From Gemmatimonadales bacterium (GTDB lineage: Bacteria > Gemmatimonadota > Gemmatimonadetes > Gemmatimonadales > GWC2-71-9), in NCBI GenBank assembly GCA_044229445.1, contig JBGASX010000011.1, forward strand, positions 7,712-71,711: DNA of 64,000 nt, written 5' to 3'. Position 1 is the stretch's first letter, and every line of letters starts with the position of its first letter. Positions 54,327-61,348 of this stretch are shown here, piece by piece. Made by a program: the position numbers and the translations under genes. The notes beneath the pieces are model-generated. The model was not told the DNA's origin, did no database searches, and saw only the letters and a program-made list of their open reading frames with translations.

Positions 54327-55079
54327 ATGGGCACCAAGACCGGGATTGAATGGACGGACGCGGTGTGGAACCCGATGACGGGGTGCACCAAGATCTCGAG
54401 CGGCTGCGATCACTGCTACGCCGAGACCGTCGCGCAGCGACGAACTCGTGATGTGTACCTCCGGCAGCTGCCTGTCAGGGACACCCCCGCGAACCGGGCG
54501 AATCCGTTCGCACCGCGGTTCTGGGAGGATCGTCTCGCAGATCCGCTGCGCTGGAAGAAGCCTCTCCGGATATTCGTCAACAGCATGTCCGATGTGTTCC
54601 ATGCCCAGTTTTCCCGCGAGATGATCGAGGCGGTATTCTCGACCATGGTCGCGGCCGACTGGCACCAGTTTCAGCTGCTGACAAAGCGCCCGGAACGTGC
54701 CCTGCGATTGGCGGACCAGCTCCCCTGGCCGGAGAACCTGTGGCTGGGCACCTCCGTGGAAAACATGGATGTGGCCCGACGAGTGGACGATCTTCGAAAG
54801 ACCCCTGCCGCTGTGAAGTTCATCAGCGCAGAGCCACTGCTGGGGCCGATGCATGACCTCGATCTCGAAAGCATCGACTGGGTCATCGGAGGTGGGGAGA
54901 GCGGTGCTGGCGCCAGACCGTGCGATCCTGCCTGGGCCGAGGGACTCAGGGATCGCTGCATCCAGGCGGGCGTCGCCTTCTTCTGGAAGCAGTGGGGCGG
55001 GTTCACTCCGAAAGCCGGCGGGCGAGTTCTCGATGGGCGGACGTGGGAGGAGTATCCTCGAGAGCTAATGACTACTTGA
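54327..55079 (+). CDS. DUF5131 / phage Gp37-Gp68 family protein (three-Cys motif)
   Basis: The N-terminus MGTKTGIEWTDAVWNPMTGCTKISSGCDHCYAE is the family hallmark (IEWTD..WNP..GC......C..CYA). The size, 250 aa, is typical. Confidence 0.85.
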   Translation: MGTKTGIEWTDAVWNPMTGCTKISSGCDHCYAETVAQRRTRDVYLRQLPVRDTPANRANPFAPRFWEDRLADPLRWKKPLRIFVNSMSDVFHAQFSREMIEAVFSTMVAADWHQFQLLTKRPERALRLADQLPWPENLWLGTSVENMDVARRVDDLRKTPAAVKFISAEPLLGPMHDLDLESIDWVIGGGESGAGARPCDPAWAEGLRDRCIQAGVAFFWKQWGGFTPKAGGRVLDGRTWEEYPRELMTT

Positions 55080-55974
55080 AGGGGATCTCGATTTGGCCTA
55101 GTCCGTCGACCTGCTTCCGCGCCCAGTCAGCGATCTTCTCACCGGCCGGATGATTGGTTGCAAAGAGCATCCTGTAGAGCCCCCGCCTGCCAACCTGCAT
55201 GACGTCGAAGAGCTTGAAGGCTTTGGCCCACCTGGTCCTCAACTGCCGTAGGTAGAGATCCTCCAGTTGGCGCTTGCAGTCCTGACTCCGGGCCTCGGTG
55301 AGCCGACCAGCCAAAATCTGCTTCCAGTCGTCCGAACCGAAGAATGCGGTCACGATCGCCTCATGCCCGGGGGGCATGTCGCGGTAGGGCATGAGGCGGT
55401 TTAGGCCCATTTCCAGCGGGAAGAGGACATACAAGTCGATACTCTTGTGCCCCTGACCCATCAACGCCTGAACTGTCGACCAGGGGAGCTGGCGAGGAGC
55501 CTCGATATCCGCGAAGACGAGCAGGTAGTCGAGCTGATGGCAGGACGCGAGCAGCCTCGGCAGGAGCCGATTCGCGTCGCCGGTCTCGATATGTACTCTC
55601 GAAGGGGGAACCACGCATCGACCGGCTGCGATCGCGGCCTCGACACGCGCCTTCAGTGCCTGATGATCAGCCTGATCGAGATTGACGAGGAACGCTTCGT
55701 CGAAGGAGAGCTCGGGATGCAGCGTTCCCCGGCTCGCGAGCACACGAAGCGCACTGCCCTCGATCTCTTCCTTGCTTCCCCGGATGACGTTAAGCCCGGG
55801 CCCCGCAAAGAGATCGATGTACCGCCGGTGACGCTTCTTCTCGGTCGCATCGATGGCGACCGGACAGTAGTAGTCAATGAAGGCGAGCTTCCGCTTCGCG
55901 TATTGACCAGACTCTCGCGCGGGCAGTCCGTCGCTGCCGATCGTCTGCCCATCGTCACTCTGACCTGTAGCCAT
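55072..55974 (-). CDS. three-Cys-motif partner protein TcmP-like
   Basis: YAKRKLAFIDYYCPVAIDATEKKRHRRYIDLFAGPGLNV matches the TcmP N-terminal pattern (...K...L..Y.......YIDLFAGPG). It is adjacent and convergent to the DUF5131 gene, and the 3' ends overlap by 8 nt. Confidence 0.7.
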   Translation of the reverse strand: MATGQSDDGQTIGSDGLPARESGQYAKRKLAFIDYYCPVAIDATEKKRHRRYIDLFAGPGLNVIRGSKEEIEGSALRVLASRGTLHPELSFDEAFLVNLDQADHQALKARVEAAIAAGRCVVPPSRVHIETGDANRLLPRLLASCHQLDYLLVFADIEAPRQLPWSTVQALMGQGHKSIDLYVLFPLEMGLNRLMPYRDMPPGHEAIVTAFFGSDDWKQILAGRLTEARSQDCKRQLEDLYLRQLRTRWAKAFKLFDVMQVGRRGLYRMLFATNHPAGEKIADWARKQVDGLGQIEIPFK

Positions 55975-56349
55975 TGCGCGAGCCTTTTTGCATGTGTCTC
56001 GTTCGCCCTGCGCATCGCTAGGTCAGGGGACTCTCAACGATCGACCAACTCGAGTGTAGCGTTTGGAGAGTGGAACTGAAAGAGTCAATATCCGCGGCGC
56101 CCTACGTTGCCTAGCGCTGATCCACGAGCCGCCGAGCTCCCACAGATGCCTCACAAACTTACTCCGGCTCCCCGAAAGCGCCGGCCTCATCCGCGATCAT
56201 TCGGAGATAAGTAGATGCATACGGCGCGATCTCCTTCAACGCTGTGAGCTTTTCCATCCATTGCCCCAGAACAACCCCCTGGTCGCCGACGGCGACCGCC
56301 TCCAGCCTGCATGGCCCCTGGCGCGGCAGACGTTGGATGGTACGTGGCG

Positions 56350-57675
56350 TTAGGGCGTCAGTGGCGGATCATCCATACTTGACGTCAGCTCTACATACAC
56401 AAACGCCCGGAAGACAAACTTGCTGAAATAGCAAACGTAGAGAAAATAGTATCGAAGGAGGAGAATCAAGCCCATGGCCAGGAACGCTAGCCCGGTCATG
56501 GGCCAGCTAATGCCGAGGTAGGACGGCCATTGGTTTGCGATGCCTGCGTGAACGGTGAGCCAGATGATTGTATACAGAAAGGCTAGAAAGAACGCAGCGG
56601 CTAAGTTGCGCGAGAAGCCATAGAGATTGAGCCAATTGTGGACGGAAGCAGCTAGACGAGGTGATCGCTCTGCGACATGGCAATAGGACAACCAGAAATT
56701 ATTCGTCGCAGCATCCTCGGACAACAGGCCGAATCGCTTATAGAAGAGATCGCGGTACTTCCCGATGAATGCGGTATTGAACGCCCTTCGGGTGTTGAGA
56801 GGATCCGCCAGCAATGGGGCTACAAGATCGTAGGGAGCCGCCCAGAGCCGACGCAGCACCCAACAGAGAGCTACCGCCCACGTTGGAAGCGCCCTAAGAG
56901 ATGCCTTGTATTCAGCGTCACGGCGGATGTCGGCCTCAAACCGAGGTGTCATTGGCAATGCACGACGCTTGTATCCCTTAGAAATACGGAATTGGTCCTC
57001 CTCCTGTTGCACCCAAACGTACTTGAGTATCCCAAGACTGACTTGGATGAGAATTGCAATCAGGAAGGCGGCAGAAATCCAATCAGCGGCGAGATCGAAC
57101 TTCAGAGAGCTGCTAGGACGGTGCAGATAGAGAAAAGCATACTCAAGATACCGGCACACGAGGTAGAACAGGGACCAGGCAAAAGCCCCACGAACGAACC
57201 AACCCGTTGGCTCGGAAAACGGCGTATATCCATCATCTTCAAGACGAAGAAGGATTTCATAGGGATAACCGTACCCCTTGAACACAAGAATCCGGTCAAT
57301 AACCAATGAAGAGAACGATGCAACCACATGACCGGTAACGTAAAAGCCGACGAGAAGAGCCAAAGCCAAGGCAAGTGCTACTACGAGGTTAGGCGATGTG
57401 AGATCTGGGTAGAGTAACCGGAAGGTGTTGAGTGCAGGGGTAGCAAGTTGCACATTCGTGCCAGCCGCTGAAGCGCGTAGCTCAAAGAACAGCGCGCAAA
57501 GCCAGAGTGTGCCACCAGGCACGACGTACCCGAGGAGGTCACTGAGCGTTATAGTGAAGCTTGGCTTTCCGCCTATCTCAGCGCCACGACGATCCATGAG
57601 AGCCTCACGAAAGAGGGCAATCCTCACTAGCCACCTGACCTCTCCTAACCTGCCTTCTGCTGCACTAATCAGCAA
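56350..57675 (-). CDS. orphan multi-pass membrane protein, low-GC gene
   Basis: 441-aa ORF with a TTG start; an alternative ATG 57597 gives MDRRGAEIGG.... There are at least 7 hydrophobic segments. Codon usage is AT-rich, unlike its neighbours. No family was recognised. Confidence 0.6.
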   Translation of the reverse strand: MLISAAEGRLGEVRWLVRIALFREALMDRRGAEIGGKPSFTITLSDLLGYVVPGGTLWLCALFFELRASAAGTNVQLATPALNTFRLLYPDLTSPNLVVALALALALLVGFYVTGHVVASFSSLVIDRILVFKGYGYPYEILLRLEDDGYTPFSEPTGWFVRGAFAWSLFYLVCRYLEYAFLYLHRPSSSLKFDLAADWISAAFLIAILIQVSLGILKYVWVQQEEDQFRISKGYKRRALPMTPRFEADIRRDAEYKASLRALPTWAVALCWVLRRLWAAPYDLVAPLLADPLNTRRAFNTAFIGKYRDLFYKRFGLLSEDAATNNFWLSYCHVAERSPRLAASVHNWLNLYGFSRNLAAAFFLAFLYTIIWLTVHAGIANQWPSYLGISWPMTGLAFLAMGLILLLRYYFLYVCYFSKFVFRAFVYVELTSSMDDPPLTP

Positions 57676-57819
57676 GCCAGCACCGTCAGCTCACAGCTCA
57701 CTCTTTGTTAGGTCGTCTTTGCCCACGGTCGCCCCATCTCCTTTTCATACCATTCCATCCCGCCGATGTGACACCCCCACCCAGAATCGCCCTTCTCCCC
57801 CCGCCCGATTCCGCGTTTC

Positions 57820-57847
57820 TTGACCTCCTCGATTTTCGGTGTATGTT
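57820..57847 (+). promoter_or_regulatory. promoter candidate (TTGACC - 16 nt - TATGTT)
   Basis: TTGACC lies at 57820-57825 and TATGTT at 57842-57847, 37 nt upstream of ATG 57884. Confidence 0.35.
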
Positions 57848-57883
57848 CGGTTCGTCGCCGATCACTCCGGACTCGAGGGCCCC

Positions 57884-58045
57884 ATGACCACCGCCGATAA
57901 GCCCCAGCTCAGCCCCACCCGCTATCAGCCGTCCAACCCCTTGACCGGCAACAACATCCGGGTCTGCCCCGAGTGCGCCGGCCCGGTCGTCCGCAACTCC
58001 GGCTGCATCTCCTGCCGGCAGTGCGGCTGGGGGAAGTGCGGGTGA
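57884..58045 (+). CDS. small Cys-rich zinc-ribbon-like protein (53 aa)
   Basis: The sequence is MTTADKPQLSPTRYQPSNPLTGNNIRVCPECAGPVVRNSGCISCRQCGWGKCG. It carries CPxC ... CxxCxxC ... C. The track start is GTG 57839. Confidence 0.5.
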   Translation: MTTADKPQLSPTRYQPSNPLTGNNIRVCPECAGPVVRNSGCISCRQCGWGKCG

Positions 58046-58134
58046 GGAACCGAAGGGCCGAACGGCGTCGTAGGGCAGGCCTCCACGCCTACCCGTTCGG
58101 GACGACTACCGACCCAGAGCACAGCGAGCGCCCC

Positions 58135-58665
58135 ATGTCCGACCTGGCCAACCCGATCTCCGACAGCGCCCAGCAGGCCACGGCCTACACCGCCGCCATC
58201 CTCGCCGCACTCGGCACCCGCGACCCGATGCAGGTGCTCCGCGAGACGCCCGCCGCGCTCCGGCTCACCATCGCCGGCCGCAGCGCCGAGCAGCTCGGCC
58301 GCCCGGAGGCGCCGGGCAAATGGTCGGTGCGCCAGGTGGTGCAGCACCTCGCCGATTCCGAACTGGTCGGCGGCTTCCGCTACCGCATGGTGCTCGCCCA
58401 CGACCGGCCGATGATCCAGGGCTATGACCAGGACCGCTGGGCGGAACGGCTCCGCTACGACGAGGCCGACCTCGACACCGCCATCGCCGACTTCACCACG
58501 ATGCGTCAGGGCAACATCCGGCTGCTGCTGCGTGCGACGCCCGCCGATCGCGAGCGGGTGATGGTCCACGCCGAACGGGGCGAGGAGAGCCTCGCGCACA
58601 TGATCCGGATGTACGCCGGCCACGACCTGGTCCACCTCCGGCAGATGGCGCGGATCCTGGGCTGA
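58135..58665 (+). CDS. DinB_2-like (DinB/YfiT superfamily) metal-dependent protein
   Basis: ATG 58135. His-containing helices WSVRQVVQHLADSELV and HMIRMYAGHDLVHLRQM are present. The size, ~176 aa, is typical. Confidence 0.7.
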   Translation: MSDLANPISDSAQQATAYTAAILAALGTRDPMQVLRETPAALRLTIAGRSAEQLGRPEAPGKWSVRQVVQHLADSELVGGFRYRMVLAHDRPMIQGYDQDRWAERLRYDEADLDTAIADFTTMRQGNIRLLLRATPADRERVMVHAERGEESLAHMIRMYAGHDLVHLRQMARILG

Positions 58666-58713
58666 AGCAGGACGGAGACATCTCTCGAAGTCCGAGCGGA
58701 AACGGAGACCGAC

Positions 58714-59550
58714 ATGACCACAACGCAGCGCGACAAGGCCGAACGCTTCCAGGCCCTGCACCAGGGCCCCGGCGCCTTCATCATCCCCAATCCGTGGGAT
58801 GCAGGGACCGCGCGCATTCTGGCCGGTCTGGGCTTCCCCGCCCTCACCACCACCAGTGCCGGGCTCGCCTTTTCCCTCGGCCGCCCCGATGGCGCCGGCG
58901 CGGTCAGTCGTGAGGAAGCGCTCGCCAATGCGCGCGCGATCGTGGACGCCACCGACCTCCCCGTCGCCGCCGACCTCGAGAACGGCTACGGCGACGCTCC
59001 CGAAGCCGCCGCCGAGACGATCCGTCTCGCCGGCACGACGGCGGGACTGGTCGGCGGCTCCATCGAGGATGCGACCGGCAACCCCGCCCGTCCCATCTAC
59101 GACATCGCGCACGCGGTGGAACGCATCGCCGCCGCGGTCGAGGCGGCGCGCCGGCTTCCCTTCCCGTTCATGCTGGTGGCCCGCGCCGAGAACTTCCTGC
59201 ACGGCCGTCCCGACCTGGACGACACCATCCGCCGGCTCCAGGCCTTCGAGAAGGCGGGCGCCGACGCGCTCTTTGCCCCGGGCCTCACCACCGCCGAACA
59301 GATCCGCGCGGTGTGTCAGGCGGTGACCCGGCCGGTGAACGTGGTAATGGGACTCAAGGGGACGACCTTCTCCGTCGCCGAACTCGCCGAACTCGGTGTG
59401 CGCCGGATCAGCGTCGGCTCCTCGCTGAGCCGTGCCGCACTCGGCGCCTTTGTGCGCGCCGCACTGGAAATGAAGGAACACGGGACCTTCCACTACGCCG
59501 TCGACGCCCTTCCCTTCGCCGATGCCAACCGGCTGATGGGGGTGACATGA
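58714..59550 (+). CDS. isocitrate lyase / PEP mutase family protein
   Basis: FIIPNPWDAGTARILAGLGFPALTTTSAGLAFSLG, ADLENGYGD and GGSIEDA are typical of the ICL/PEPM TIM barrel. Confidence 0.8.
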   Translation: MTTTQRDKAERFQALHQGPGAFIIPNPWDAGTARILAGLGFPALTTTSAGLAFSLGRPDGAGAVSREEALANARAIVDATDLPVAADLENGYGDAPEAAAETIRLAGTTAGLVGGSIEDATGNPARPIYDIAHAVERIAAAVEAARRLPFPFMLVARAENFLHGRPDLDDTIRRLQAFEKAGADALFAPGLTTAEQIRAVCQAVTRPVNVVMGLKGTTFSVAELAELGVRRISVGSSLSRAALGAFVRAALEMKEHGTFHYAVDALPFADANRLMGVT

Positions 59551-60632
59551 TCCGCACCGACCAGATCGCCCTGCTCGACCCGCCGCCCCCGGCGCCCGCG
59601 CTCCCCGTCCTCGACGAGCGGGCCGCCCGCGGCGCGTCATTCCACGAGGTGCCGGTCAAGGCGATTCTCAATCCGCCCTCGAGCACCGGGATGGGGTTCT
59701 GGTCGCTCAACCCCTACGTCGGCTGCGAGTTCGGCTGCACCTATTGTTATGCGCGGGAAACACACCGGTGGCGGGTAGAGCGCGCCAAAAATCCCCCCTC
59801 CCCACGAAGTGGGGAGGGGCCGGGGGAGGGGGCGCCGGGGGAGGGGCTCCCACCCTGGCAGGCCTTCGAAAAGCAGATCCTGGTCAAGACCGCTGCCGCC
59901 GCGGTGCTCAAGCGCACCCTCTTCCCCGCCCGGCTCGCCGGCGCCACGCTGGTGATCGGCACCGCGACCGATCCCTACCAGCCGGCCGAACGGCGCTTCC
60001 GCCTCACCCGGGAGATCCTCGAGGCGCTGCTCGGCTGGCGCGGGCTCACGTTAGGCATCATCACCAAGTCGCCCCTGATCCTCCGCGACCTGCCGCTGCT
60101 GCAGCAGCTCGCCGAACGGCACGAGCTGTCGGTGAACATCTCCCTCGCCTCGATGAATGGGGCGCTGCTCCGCCGGATCGAGGCCCGCTCCCCGGCACCG
60201 CATGCCCGGATCCGGGCGCTCAAGGGGCTGACCGATGGCGGGATCCACGCAGGGCTGCTGGTCGCCCCGATCGTCCCCGGCATCACCGACAGTCGAGAGG
60301 CCCTCGACGCCATCATGGCGGCGGGGAAGGCGGCGGGCGCGCGCTACGTGCACGGGTCGGCGCTCCGGCTCGGGCCCGCGGCGCGGTCCCGCTTCCTTCC
60401 TCACCTCGCCGAGGAGTTCCCCGAACTCACTGCCCGCTATCGCGAGCGCTACGGCGACCGCGAGTCGCCCGGCAAGGACTACACCGAGGCGCTGAGCCGC
60501 CGGCTCCGGATGCTGCAGCAGGCCTACGGCTTCCCGCTCTCCGAGGGGATGCGCCAGAAGCAGCGCCTCGAGGGCCGGCGCCCGCGCCACGACGCCATCC
60601 CGGAAGCGACGGAGCAGTGGACCCTGTTATAG
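59547..60632 (+). CDS. radical SAM protein, SplB-like (COG1533 DNA-photolyase-like)
   Basis: ATG 59547 overlaps the upstream stop (ATGA). The CxxxCxxC motif is in LNPYVGCEFGCTYCYARE. Later blocks TDPYQPAE, GIITKSPL and SITT-like segments are present. The track start 59313 is an in-frame extension into the previous gene. Confidence 0.8.
   Translation: MIRTDQIALLDPPPPAPALPVLDERAARGASFHEVPVKAILNPPSSTGMGFWSLNPYVGCEFGCTYCYARETHRWRVERAKNPPSPRSGEGPGEGAPGEGLPPWQAFEKQILVKTAAAAVLKRTLFPARLAGATLVIGTATDPYQPAERRFRLTREILEALLGWRGLTLGIITKSPLILRDLPLLQQLAERHELSVNISLASMNGALLRRIEARSPAPHARIRALKGLTDGGIHAGLLVAPIVPGITDSREALDAIMAAGKAAGARYVHGSALRLGPAARSRFLPHLAEEFPELTARYRERYGDRESPGKDYTEALSRRLRMLQQAYGFPLSEGMRQKQRLEGRRPRHDAIPEATEQWTLL
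59795..59850. repeat. G/C-rich palindromic element inside the radical SAM gene
   Basis: CCCCTCCCCAC (59795-59805), loop GAA, GTGGGGAGGGG (59809-59819), followed by two further GGGGAGGGG copies. It is translated in frame as PSPRSGEGPGEGAPGEG. Confidence 0.8.
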
Positions 60633-60770
60633 AAGTTCCGAGTTCCGAGTTCCGAGTTCGAAAGTTGAAACTCGGCCTGGCACCCGAAGCTTGTGACCCG
60701 GAACCCGGAACCCGGAACCCGGAACCCGGAACCCGGAACCCGGAACCCGGAACTCGGAACTCGGAACTAG
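60633..60770. repeat. heptamer tandem repeats forming a long inverted repeat
   Basis: The components are (AGTTCCG)x3 at 60634-60654, a local hairpin CCGAGTT...AACTCGG at 60652-60675, (CCCGGAA)x8 at 60697-60752 and (CTCGGAA)x2 at 60753-60766. Positions 60748-60768 are the perfect reverse complement of 60634-60654. Confidence 0.9.
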
Positions 60771-60800
60771 TACCACCTCCCCCTAAACCGTGAGTTCGTC

Positions 60801-61304
60801 ATGTCGATCGCCGAATCGCTGCTCCCCGAATACGATCACGAGATGGCCATCACCCGGAAGCATCTCGAGCGCACCCCGTTCGCAGAGCTGGGCTGGAAGC
60901 CGCATCCGAAGTCGATGTCGCTGGGCCAGGTCGCCGTCCATCTCGCGGAGCTGCCGTCGTGGACCGCCGTCACGATGAAGGAGACCGAACTCGACATGAG
61001 CCCGCCGGGCGGCAGCGGCTACAAGCCGCCCGAGTTCGACTCGGTGGAGGCGTTGCTCGCCCACTTCGACCGCCACGTCTCGGAGGGACGCGCCAGCATC
61101 GCCGCCGCGAAGGACGCCGACTTCATGGTGCCGTGGACCCTCAAGGCCGGCACGTTCGAGATCTTCACCCTGCCCCGACTCGCGGTGCTCCGCACCTGGG
61201 TGATGAACCACATCATCCACCATCGCGGCCAGTTCACCGTCTACCTGCGCCTCAACGAGGTGCCGCTGCCGCAGACGTACGGGCCGTCGGCGGATGAATC
61301 GTAG
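60801..61304 (+). CDS. DinB family damage-inducible-type protein
   Basis: VAVHLAELPSW and TWVMNHIIHHRGQFTVYLRL match the classic DinB (PF05163-like) signature. Confidence 0.8.
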   Translation: MSIAESLLPEYDHEMAITRKHLERTPFAELGWKPHPKSMSLGQVAVHLAELPSWTAVTMKETELDMSPPGGSGYKPPEFDSVEALLAHFDRHVSEGRASIAAAKDADFMVPWTLKAGTFEIFTLPRLAVLRTWVMNHIIHHRGQFTVYLRLNEVPLPQTYGPSADES

Positions 61305-61313
61305 ATGAATCGT

Positions 61314-61337
61314 AGGGGCGACCGGCCGGTCGCCCCT
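61314..61337. terminator. 24-nt perfect palindrome AGGGGCGACCGGCCGGTCGCCCCT
   Basis: It lies between stop 61304 and start 61349. It belongs to the same GGGGCGACC...GGTCGCCCC family as 40171-40192 and 43208-43227. Confidence 0.55.
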
Positions 61338-61348
61338 GCGGACCCAAC

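Larger units (their letters stand above)
54160..57830. other. lower-GC, probably horizontally acquired island (no integrase seen)
   Basis: Hand counts of two 60-nt lines inside 56401-56520 give 25/60 and 36/60 G+C, against 40/60 for line 1-60. AT-rich promoter-like stretches lie at both edges. Confidence 0.5.

Noticed and set aside
56063-56353. 96-aa plus-strand ORF between the tcmP and membrane-protein genes
   Set aside because: The product is implausible (Cys/Arg/Leu-rich with no motif). The opposite strand gives a more protein-like reading, which is reported separately as a possible remnant.
57925-59640. 571-aa minus-strand ORF over the zinc-ribbon, DinB_2 and ICL/PEPM genes
   Set aside because: It is antisense to three plus-strand genes with family motifs, and its product is low-complexity.
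60633-60770. Possibility that the heptamer arrays (here and at 62413-62494) are a CRISPR array
   Set aside because: The units are 7 bp and directly abutting, with no spacers and no 25-40-bp repeat structure. No cas genes lie nearby. They are microsatellite/palindrome elements.
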